64,000 nucleotides of DNA. Origin: Diadema antillarum. Taxonomy: Eukaryota. Of the stretch, positions 8,601 to 20,600 are shown one piece after another; position 1 is the stretch's first letter; each line of letters begins with the position of its first letter. Under the pieces are notes generated by a model. That model saw nothing but the letters and a program-made list of their open reading frames with translations. It was not told where the DNA came from and made no database searches. Made by a program: the position numbers and the translations under genes. Where the stretch lies: the NCBI RefSeq assembly GCF_040938485.1, contig NW_027271250.1:1302001-1366000 (forward strand), given 5' to 3'.

Positions 8601-11600
8601 AAACGTCTGTCTGGGGGGTACGCTTTCAAAAGTACGTCCAATCCAAAATTCCCAGGTCTAGACTGCTTAAGATGTTCATTAACTTTGAATGACACCATAG
8701 ATTGTTTGAGAATCATGCTGTCTAGATTCAGGCAATGCAAAGTCTGTACCCTCTGGGTGGATATCAAGGCCAGTAACATGCACAGCTTCATTGTTAATTG
8801 CTTCAAGCTAAGCGAGTTAGCGGGAGCTAGACTTCTCAAATATCTAAAAACAATATTCACGTCCCAAATTTCCGAATACCGCGGCCTTGGGGGCCTGAGC
8901 TGGAACACACCTCTCATAAAACGAGAGAGAAGCGGATGAGTGCTGACAGTAAATTGTTCATCCTCTAACACTAGAAAGGTAGCAAGTGCACTCCGTGCTG
9001 AGTTAATAGCTGAATAGCTCAAGTTCTCTTCATAAAACATGTGTGTAAAAAACTCCAAAACAAAATTAATCTTGGCATGAAGGTGACTTTCCTTCTTAAG
9101 TGTACAAAACTTTCTCCATTTCCTTATATATGTACAATATTGTCTTTGGGTTGATGCCCTCCAAGATGCTGCCAAGATGTCCACCGTTCTGCTGCTCATG
9201 CCAGAGTTCTCGAACGGCAGCTTCAAAACCTGCAACATAACAGATCAAGGCAAGCGTGTAAAGGGTGCGGTTCCCCAGATACGGGTTGCGTAATCAAATT
9301 CCTGTGTCTAGGAATTAAGAGTGGTTCATCTTTAAGCATTCTCCTCATGCGAGGAAACCACGCTTGCGTAGGCCAGTTTGGGACAATCAAGAGACCATGT
9401 GCCTTGTCGTTTTCTATTTTTTGGAGACATTTGGGGATGAGGCAGAAAGGAGGGAATGCGTAGAAATACAGATCACCCCAATTCAGAGTGAATGCATCCA
9501 CAGAAACCGCATCTGGGTCAGGCAGCCACGTAACGTACGCAGGCAGCTGCTTATTGAGTCTGGACGCGAAAAGATCAATTTGGGGAGTACCACATTTCTT
9601 AGTGATATCAGTAAAAACTTTCTTATTCAGCATCCATTCTGTTCTGTCATTAAAATGACGAGATCTCCTGTCTGCTTCTGTATTGTCACGACCTGGTAAA
9701 TAGGCTGCTGTGATCCAGATATTCCTTTCCTTACACCAAACCCAAATGTCTCGTGCTGCCCTGTCGCAGGCTCGAGATTTAATGCCTCCCATATTGTTCA
9801 GGTAGGCTACAGCTGTTGTGTTGTCAGTTCTAATGAGCACATGTGTATCATGCAGGTGGCCGCAAAATGACTTCAAACCAAGCCCTGCAGCTAAGATTTC
9901 AAGATAGTTGATTTCATTGTTTAGAGCATGCACTATCTCCTGATCATCCCATCTACCGCCAGTTTCATTGCTTAAATCAGTGGCACCCCATCCTTGCCCA
10001 CTGGCGTCAGTACGTAGCTCTAAAGCTGGCCGATCTCGACTAATTGGTGCCGACTGGCAGTGAATGTTATTGAACCACCACATTAACTCCTGTTTAGAAG
10101 CTTCAGACAAATTCATAGGTCGATCAAAATGCCCTTTGCTTGATTTTAGTGCAAGAATTTTGTCTCTTTCTAGGTTACGATAGAAGAGGGGGCCATATTG
10201 AATAGCAGGGAAAGTAGCAATCAGTTTCCCAATGACCTGCGCCACCTGCCTGATAGTAGGGTTTTGTTTCCCTAGCAATTCCGCACATACTGCCCTGATA
10301 TTTTGACATTTCTCATGCGGGAGCGTTATAGTCATGCTTTCCGAATCCAAGATAAACCCCAAAAATTGGAGCCGTTGCTGAGGCTTTAGGATAGATTTCT
10401 CTGAATGAATGACAAAACCAAGGTCAGAGAGCAGTTTTGTGGTTGCTTGCACCGCTTCTAGTGCTTGTGATTCAGTTTCACCGATTATGAGAGTGTCATC
10501 TAAATACCCCACAACCAGGTGGCCTGCCTGTCGCAGCTTTGCGAACACCGGCTTCATAAGCTTTGTGAAGAGCCTAGGCGCTGTACTAAGGCCATTGGGG
10601 AGTACCTTAAATTGCCAACATTTCTCGTGCCAGACAAATCTCAAATACTTGCGATATGAGGGGTGAACAGGGACAGAGTAGTAGGCATCTCGAAGGTCGA
10701 TTGAGGCAAGGTAACAACCAGGGGAAATTAGGGTTGTAGCCGTATGGATGTTATCCATTTTGAAATGCTGTACATTCAGACTGTCATTGAGGTCCGATAA
10801 ATCTAAAATTAGGCGTATGTCCCCATTTTTCTTTGGGCGTGTAAAGATATTGGACACAAATTCTCCAGCCACATGCTGGCATTCTTCGATTACGCCTTTC
10901 TCGGCCAGTTTTCGAATTTCAATGTCAATCTTGCTCTCCTCAGCATTACCCACTCTGTAGTGGTAAGGCGGTTTACCTCTGTGAGGTGGGCTATACACCT
11001 CTTGAAATTCAAGTTTGTAACCGCTAATTGCATCAAGTATGAAAGGATCAGTGGTAATATGATTCCACTGTTTGCTAAAATGCCTCAATCGACCCCCAAC
11101 GGGCAGGTCTAATGGAACATCTACATGTTCAATGTCAAAAACTGACTGTACAGTGTGAGTAGATTGTGTATTTCCACAACAAGAGCTAGGCCTGCAACTT
11201 ACCTCCTTGGGTAGTGCAGTTACTTTCTCCGTGACACAGTGTTTGGCTTGGCTGGGGTTGCTGTCGAGTAGCTCTGCCCCCGGTTGTGCGCATGAGCTGG
11301 AGGTGGGCGAGTCTGCGTGTGCGGGGCTGAATGTCTGTATCCCCGCTGCTGCTGGCCTAAAAAAGGCCTGGATGTATCGCCAGCTGCGAGCCAGCCTGCG
11401 TTCCGATATTGCTTCCGGCTGAATCCACCGCTGGCCGTGCGCTTGTATGGGTGGTACGGCTGATGAGTAGATCTCTTAGCCTGGCCTTTAACCACACTAA
11501 AGGCAGCCCTATTCTCCTCCTTGAGATCTTTTACACGTTGTCCCAAGTCATCACCGAATAGAAACGCGGTCACGGGCGTAGTAGGCTTGCACAGATGTGC

Positions 11601-14600
11601 GTAAGCAGCGTTCATATCGGGCTTGATCAGCTCCTTTCTCAAGCAATTCATCTCGTAATTGGCATTACAGAGTAAAGCGAGTGCGTCCTGTTGCGCCTCG
11701 TTCAAGTCAGTAGGAAGAGTTTGTAGGAACGCACACAGCCCGCGGGTAAGAGATTTCTGTACTCTCTGCAGCTTAACGTCTCTGCTGCGCGTAGTCTGTG
11801 TCACATTATCCCAAATCACTGGATTGACTTTAGGGACTAGTAAGTTGGGGCAATTGCTCGGTGCTGGGTAGTTTGCCGCTGACTCTTCCATAGATTTTTC
11901 CTCCAGACAATGGGAGATGAGATAATTTGTAGAATTTGCCAATTCGTCATTGATAGGGTCGCCCACACAGGCGGAGACCGCAAATTTTGCAGCAAAGGAT
12001 GGCACTTGTACTGGCCGCCCCGTGAGCTCTGCGGGTGCGTAACCCGCTGCCGCCGCAGGGAAATCGCATTCATCCCCACTGTAGCTGCTGCCGCCGTGGT
12101 CGTCGTGCAGCGTACCGCGTGCTTGCGTACTATCGTCTGTAGCACACACATCCATGCCCCCAAACGGCACACCACCGTGGTTTTCTGCGGTACAAGCCGT
12201 GCCAACATGGCCGGCACGTAGTTGCTGTTGTTGGATACGAGTAGGCTGAGACGGCAGTATTTCCATGACCTTTTCAAACATGGATTCGAGTTCAGAAAGG
12301 CGGGAAAGCACCTCCGCGTCCGTCTTCTCTTTAGGGGGAGCTGCCTTCTTACTTAGGCCCGGTTTGGTGGGTTTTTTAAGGGTTTTCCCATTCCCTTCTT
12401 TCTTTGTTGGAGCCTTAATACTAGCCGGCGAACACTTGGGTTCATGATGCACGGCTGTAGTCACCATCGCCACGACAGACTTAGCTGTATGCAGGGCGCT
12501 CGTACTAGTGGTGCCACCCACGACAGGCTTAGCTGTATGCTGTGGGGGAGCGGAAAGCGGAATTTCCATCCCGCGATATCTCGTGAATAAAAATCCACTT
12601 CCGAAGCAAAGTCAGCTCTAACTGAGCTATAAATAATAACAATCCACAATATGATAAGATATTGCGAAGATGCACAGTTAAAAGGACGAATAAAACTGGA
12701 TTTAGACTGCGATGAGGGAACTTAGCCCCTCGTGCAAAACGTGCGAAGAAGCGATATGACTGCGCGCGCGTTGAGCGGGCTCTCACTGTGAGTTCTTGCG
12801 TAAACTCACGAAATAAAATGGCTTTTTGGCACTGAAATCATAGTATGTGATTTCGAATACTTAGTAGCAAAGGCATTGGAGAGATTGGCAGATTAAAAGT
12901 TGGGTATGATCCATCCATTACATCAGAGAGATGATCATATCTTTGCTTGGGGGTAAAAATATCAAAATCTTCCTCCTTCGAGTTCTTTGTTTATATTTGT
13001 TTATCAAATTGGACTTCAATCCAAGCAGGAAAGTTCTTATTTTCTATGCAGTAAAATGAGTATTGATCACCAACAGTGGGGCATGGTTAACTGTAAACCC
13101 AATCTTTGTTATTGACACAACCGTGCAGACCTCCACCTTCAAAGATCTTCTGAGGGTCGACCATTTTACTTAATTTACAAAATCGACACTTTGCACACAT
13201 TTCCAATTTCTCTAGACCTTTTACACAGAATTGGGACAAGGACTGCAAGATTACAGATTAAGTAGCACATGAAGTAAACATTTAGTTTGTCAGTTTTTTG
13301 CATGTAAACAATTAAGTGGATTCAGTTTATTAGACATCAAATTAACATATTGATATGCCTACAGTTACTGTTGTAAGTGGGTCACAGGCATACAAAGATC
13401 TAAAGTTTTTTTTAAAAAACAAATATACATCCGTAAGTTTTGCTTTTAACTTTTATGGAGCGGTTCCACATGTTTCCATTTGCTGTGTGTGAACCTACAT
13501 ATATGGGGTACACTCTTCTTTCAAAATGATAATCTAAATGCCACATTGGGAAGTTTAATTCAACAGGATATTTTGCATTATAAACTGGTACCATCTGTTC
13601 AAGTTTGCAGTAAGAGACTATGAGACGACATACCACAACCGACTTCGTCCGAAGAGTCCGTGCAATCTGGCGTGCCGTCGCAGTAAAAGTCGGCATCAAT
13701 GCAGAGACCACTGCTGGCACACTCAAACTCTTCTGGATCACACTCGTATGCTGGTTGAGAGAGACAAAAGGGGGTGATGCAGGAGACATATTGTGCATTG
13801 AAGCTGTAGACTCATCAACACAAGTGTGGTTGTGAGGTCTGTTTTACAACAGCCCTGTATATGACTTATAGAATGAGAGGCCTAAACAAATTCATCACAA
13901 CTAAACACAGCAACAAATGGTTACATCTTAGTATAACAATTATGCTAAAAATGTCCACAATACATATTTACAATTTGTGCTCATTATGCCAATAGTCCTA
14001 AACTAATGTACATCATACCACATATCTCTAACAGTTAATAAATGTAAGTTTTAAAACCAGACCATATTTTCACTTGATTTTCTAGTGAAGAGCATGCAGT
14101 TCTCAATCTAATTTAGATAATAGGGATGCTACAGTTTTGGTTGAGATGGGGCTTTAGATTTTATTCCTTTTGTTTATGTGTGAGATAATGAGAAACTACT
14201 TATGAAATATGAAAGAGCATACAACTTGAAGAGGAATTCAGAGTTTATTCGATGAAAATCGGTTTTGAGATGACTGAGATATCCAAAATAAAGTGGTCCT
14301 AATACAAGTGGGACCCATCTTTTGTTGGGACCACAACCAAAACTATACCATCCCTTAAAGTATGTAATCATCATTAAGAACAAAAAAATAAACAAATAAT
14401 CAAAATGACAACAGTCTGGACGAAGCTTCTGTCAGGATGCATTCATTTCACAATCATATTTGTGAATCTAAGACGGTATGGTCTAGATCATATCACAATA
14501 TTTAATTTTCACAAAGACATGGTCATATGATAATCTCATTTCTTTATACACATATGCAAAGGGTTTACAGGACATGTCATTTAAAAGATTAAACAAGACA

Positions 14601-17600
14601 TATGAATAACGATCAAATACATATATCTTTGACTCAATTCCAATTTTTAAGGTTTGACCTTAACCTCAACATCATGTCTGCCAAAGTTTGCTAAATCGAA
14701 GCTCCCCTGAAGAAAAGCTGCAGAAATATTCATTATTTTACATCTTTAGACTACACTCCTTCCCTGACAAATATTTCTGTACTAGTACATTGGTCCAACT
14801 AACAGGACCTGATGCACATGAAAATCAACAGCTGCCTGTACACAGAGAAGCTAAACATTAACGGACATGGTGCAAAAAATGTAAAAAACATAAAATGTCT
14901 TCTTTGTCATTCTTCATGAAATTAATACAAAATGAGTTCTTACTGCAGTCGGTCTCGTCTGAGTTGTCACCACAGTCATCCAATCCATCACACAGCCAGC
15001 CTAGTGGTACACAGGCACCATTGTCACACATGTACTCCAGCGGTGCACATGTTTCTGGAAAAAAAAAAAAAACCCACACGAACAGTTTACTGTAGATACG
15101 ATGCAGAATGCAATTCTTCCACCACTCATCGAGTATATGCACTAGCTGTTTGCTTCTATAGACAGCATTTGCATTAAATTCTGCAGATTCTGCATTAGAT
15201 TCTGCATTCTTTCTTTGCCATTTTGGGGGTTAATGATAAATGAAAAAAACGAAAAACAAACAGCCCAGCAAATAGAAGGCTTAATACAAACGTGAAGCAC
15301 AAATCAGGATGTATATCTATGTGCAAATGTCGGAAGTAATGATAATGATAATGAATAACACTAATATAGCGCTCGATACTGACCAGGCAGCCAATAGCTA
15401 TCAAAAATACATGACAAGAAGAAGTTTGTGTGATTAACATCAATGATAACAATTATGTCATCAAGGTCACAAATATTGATCTTCACCCCTGCAACATATC
15501 ATGTTGACTTGAAAGCAATGGCAATATTACAACACTAAATATCATCAAGAGATGCTTAGGACTCCTACCTTCACAGACTTCTCCAACACACTCCAGTTTT
15601 CCTGCGTGGCAAGTGCTGAAAAAGATAAACATACACATAGGATAGTTACTTGCAATTTAAGCTACACAATGTATCTACCAGCAACACTTTAGCTGGTTGT
15701 ACATGCTCATGTCTCTCACACTTTTCCTACATATCATGAGAAATATGTGATTACATTTCAATGTACTTTTTATTTGAACTGATTTGATTTATTCACAAAA
15801 TGAAAATATACATTCATACATACATATGTATGCTTTGCACATGAAATAATCATTTACAAGCTATATAAATTCATGAGTAGATTGCCATATGCAATTCAAG
15901 TTTGACTGGGGTGTCCATCAGATATGAATTATACATCTATATACACAAACGATATACAAAATACTGTATTATGCATGTTTAGTAAGTTACAGAAAATATT
16001 GAAGCATATGGTAGAAGGGGAGAGAAAGATTATTGCATGGTTTATGTTTGTAAAAAGAAACTGATATAAGTCATCAATGTAAAAACCTGTCTCATTAGCA
16101 AAAACTACAAAAAGCAATGTACAGGTCATGTCTGTGATTTTAAAACTTGATTGTCGAATACTCACCAGTTTTGACAATTGAGACTAGTAACAGTGCCAGC
16201 TGTGTATTCGACTCCGCCAAAGTAGCAGGGACACTCACTGACTTCAATACACTGTCCATCTGAGGAGGAAGTGAGTATCAAGGTGTAAAATTTGACTGGT
16301 GGCTCAAAGAGACTCACCAAGGAGTGTCAAGTTCACTCTCAGGGCATGCTCTCAGAATGGGTTCATCTCACACTCGGCCTATTCTACAATGCCTCCCAAA
16401 TCATTACCTTGTCATAGTCTGAACTACTTGGGGGGGGGGGGGGGGGGCTTTTAATGCTGCTGCATGATACCTGATATCTGTAAGCAGTTGCTCAGGCTAC
16501 TGACAACCAATATAAAATGGCATGACAAAATGGGTTTGCCCATCTGCATGATATGCAAGAACTTCAACAGCAAGAACAGCACACGCCACATAAACGCCTT
16601 TTGACACATTGATGATATATCATATAATCTACTAGCAAGACAGACTGACAGAGACTGACAGATGTACAATCGTAATCTTATTTTGGGGATAAGGCTGAAG
16701 TACGGCATAAAAAAGAGACCAGATGGACAAAGTTTTCAACATGTATATATGCACGCAGTCTCACCTTCTGATAAAGTACCATTTGGACAATGGCAGCCCT
16801 CAGCACAGTTCCCAAAACCAATCTGATCGCGGTCAAATGATGCACACGTGTCTACAGCAGTTGAGCCACATCCCTGGTACTCAAACCCACTGTCACACTG
16901 AACGGCTGGGATCAGAGATGGGGGGGGGGGGGGGGGTGAGACAAGCAAGAGACACACATGAATAAATATACATGGTACAGTGGGTAAAAAAATACATTTC
17001 ATTGCAGGATTTCTTGGTGAGAGGGAAAAGTAGGCTACGCTCTTGAAGATCTTACGATTCTCACACAGCCTTGGTTAATAAAGACATTGCTTCCAGGCAA
17101 AAGCAGTCTTCTACTGTTATAATTTAAAAACAACATACATGTAGATAGAAAGTATTCTTATTTCTCATCTTCTCTTTTTGTCAAGGTAAATGAAATGTAG
17201 CTAGACCTCAAACAATATGAGAACATTTAGTAACAGTTCCCACATATGGGTACTTCACTTGCTAAAGCAAATATTTACTGATTTCACATATCTGCACCAT
17301 CATGGTCAATTTCATACTGCAATTCTACTGTGTTTCACTATCTTCCAACTCCCTCTCTTCTTTCTTTAAGGAGTCGAAGAACCAAGTATCATCTGATGCA
17401 GTTGATTGTTGAAGCCTCTGTGAAATGCTCACAGCAAACAGCTTACCACATAGTTCTTGAGATCTCCACATGATGTCAAATCCATGCCTGGAGCACTCCA
17501 TGGCATAGGCAGCAATGGCAGTACAAAGACATTCACAATCCCCACCAAGATCACAGCTGCAGGGAACACAGAGAAAACCAGTGCAGCTACTTGTATAGTT

Positions 17601-20600
17601 GACAGCAACAAGTTAAATATTCAGTACAGACGAGGAGACATTTTGGAAGATACCAAAAATGTATCCTTTATGTGAAAAAAAAAACTGTGCGAAATAACAG
17701 AACATATATGTCTCTTCTCATTACACAATTTTTAGACAGATTCACTCAGCAGATTAGAACTGTTGATGCCAGATGCATAAATTTTATTTAGTTCTTTTTC
17801 TTTTGAACAATGTAAATGGGGACACGCTACTTTGATGTTGATTTAAAGAAGAAATTTTCAGAAAGAACAACATTTCTGAATTTCATCTATTTGATACACA
17901 TAACACATTCTTAAAAATCAAACATCAGTAATGTTAGCAAACATAATTTATGAGACACATACACAAAAACTGATGATGTAAATAATATGGTCCTAGTTAC
18001 CCAGGGTAGTCCTTTCAGGGTATCCCATCCGAGACAGCCCTACCACAACCCCTTTAATAACTCAGCATTGCCAGGTGCATGTTCTGGTTAAAACATCTCG
18101 TCAAAGACTGGAATGCATATGACACATGTTGAACACTGTAACTCATCCAGTAACTCTGAATATCCACTATCATATTCCTCACAATTTATTTCTAGTTCAT
18201 TGATTGGTCAAGAACATTGAAAGTAGCAAAACATAATTCCACTATAAAAATCAGTTTCCAACTATTTTCCTCAGGTAAATATAACAAACAAAAACAAAAC
18301 AAAAAACATATACCTACTGCAGGGCTCCACACTAACTTTTATTTTTGGTGGCCCAAAGGCAAACATCCGACCTTTTTTGGTGGCCCGATCAGGCCACCAA
18401 ATGCTTCATTTCTGAAATTTTGGTGGCCCGACGTGCGTTTTTGGTGGCCCCGGGCCACCGGGCCACCGTTAGTGTCGAGCCCTGCCTACTGACACTGGCC
18501 CTGCCAGTCCTTCCCCCCCCCACACACACATACACACACACTCACACATAAACATTTTTGCAACACAAGAAAAATCAGGAAAAATATATTACTTATTTAT
18601 ACAGAAAAATTGCTTTCCCCGGAACCCATCTTCTTCTTTTTTGTGTGTGTGTTTGTTTGTTTGTTTGTTTTTTTGTTTAACTCACCCACAGGAGTCATAG
18701 ATACAGTTGGCCAAGTAGGAGTCTGGGTCGACCACTTGGTGGCAGGGTTCAAACAGCCGGGAGCTGATGATACTGCACCTCCTCTGGGCCCAGGCCTCTC
18801 GGTGACTGTGGACCTGGAAGGCCGTCACATGCAGAGAAGCAGCAGCTCACATCAATGTTCACACATAATCTAAAGTAATACAATACTGCTCTGATATTGT
18901 GTCTGGAGAGGCAGACCAAAACTCTCAGCTCTGGGAAAGCATCCTTTCCCCTTTGTTCAACCATTCTAAAACAACTATGTTTATCACACAAATTTAAGAT
19001 AAAAGTTTTGCATCAATCATACATTCACATATGTGTAACACATTTTTACAAACATAAATATTATCATTTTAAGCACCAGCATCAAGCTAAAGGCTCTTTA
19101 CATTTTAGGATCTTACAAAAAGAAAAACAACAACATGTCTGGAGCAGCTAAAAATGAAAAGCTTTGAGAATTCTTTACAGATACTCTAAAATATAAGCAA
19201 TGGAGGTATTAAGAGATCAGTCTTTCTGCTGATTCAACTGAGGCATCATCAGTATTAAGGCCTTCAATTATCACTCAATGACCACTGGAATCAGAAGTAT
19301 AACAAATCTAATCCAGACTACATAAACTGACTACCCCGAGGATACATCATATTGAGCTTTCAAGACTCGGGAATATACCTGCTGAATGGCTCTCTACAAA
19401 TCTTTGAATTACTGGGTGTCATTATAGGTAATTCTGGTTATTAAAGGCTGATAGGCTGGTAGTTTCATGATGAAAAAGAAAGAAATGAAGACAAACCATG
19501 ATGGTGACACTGACCCTGCATGGATGAACCAGATCCTCCTTGTACAGCTCTGGGCAGCCGCTGCTGACTTTCCAGCTGTTGGCAAAGTTATCACTGCTGT
19601 GCTCCACAGCTCCATTCCGTGCCGTGAAGTCGTTCTCCTGGTCGCCGTCAAAGTTTCCACACAGACCGGAGAGACGTCCTTTGTATTCTGGGGTGACCGA
19701 CACATACACTCTCGTGCCTGGACGTTGGAAGTGACCACAAATGCATTTACAATTGTACACCATCAATTAATCACATAAAAAATAAGATCATACAAATTTT
19801 AATTCTTGCTCCTTTAAAGTTTAAACACTTTGGCACACATGGTTATGAGAAGAATAAAGAAAAGGGGGTGTAGAAATTGTATTAATTGAAACATGAACTC
19901 TATCTTTTAAAAATGATAATCTTCCACTGATCAGTGTCTGTTGTAATAGACTATTAAACTGGACAAAATGAATGAGCTAGTGCATTTATGACATTCACCA
20001 GCTGCTCTGTAAATCAGAGTCATGAATGGGTTTATGAATTTGATCAACATAAATGCTTGCATTTATCTTTTCCTCTAAATAATAAGCAACCTGCCAGAGA
20101 GAGTGTTCTCAACTAGGAGGCGGTGACAGAGATTGACCAAGTAGCACATATGAAGCTATCAATTAATCATGGTCTAAAAGTGGAAGTTGTAGTGAAATGC
20201 ATGATTCTGCAACAGTTACTTTTACTCCTAGAGATTGACAGATGACATGCTAACTTCCATAACAATTACCTCCATCCCAAAGAAGCTCCAGCCCAAAGTT
20301 GGCAAATATCACATAGAAGAACCCAGACCGTTCGACGCTCCAAGCTGAGTAGTACTTGGGCAGTTGGATGGGGACCCCATTGATGGTAACATCTCCACCG
20401 CGCACCAGGAAAATGGTGGTGTCTCCGTCAAAGATGAGCTCAATGGCACGGGTGCAGGTTACCCCGCTAGAGCCACACTGGACATTTTCTACCTCGATGG
20501 AAAAGGTTCCGTTAGAGTCGCTGGCAAGTGTGTAGCGACAGTCCCCGGTGAAAGAGTATTTCTTGCCATCGAAGGTAGTGTAATGTCCCTCACCGACAGC

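Larger units (their letters stand above)
7824..12818 (-). mobile_element. Full-length DIRS1-like tyrosine-recombinase retrotransposon (4995 bp) in intron 28 of the SSPO-like gene
   Basis: Intact gag, RT/RNaseH/MT and YR ORFs; 37-bp ITR core (7892-7928 vs 12755-12791); ICR 8040-8156 is the reverse complement of the joined termini; termini fall in short T/A runs with no target-site duplication. Confidence 0.96.

Noticed and set aside
8255-9238. Phage integrase, prophage or bacterial contamination
   Set aside because: The recombinase is embedded with gag and RT between ITR/ICR repeats in an intron of a spliced animal gene, which is standard DIRS organisation.
11460-11467. CTGATGAG hammerhead-ribozyme core in the retroelement
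   Set aside because: It lies on the antisense strand within gag codons, and I found no matching GAAA core with flanking helices.
12625-12636. TATAAAT near the DIRS 5' end as the element promoter
   Set aside because: It is on the strand opposite the ORFs and in AT-rich sequence; no support.
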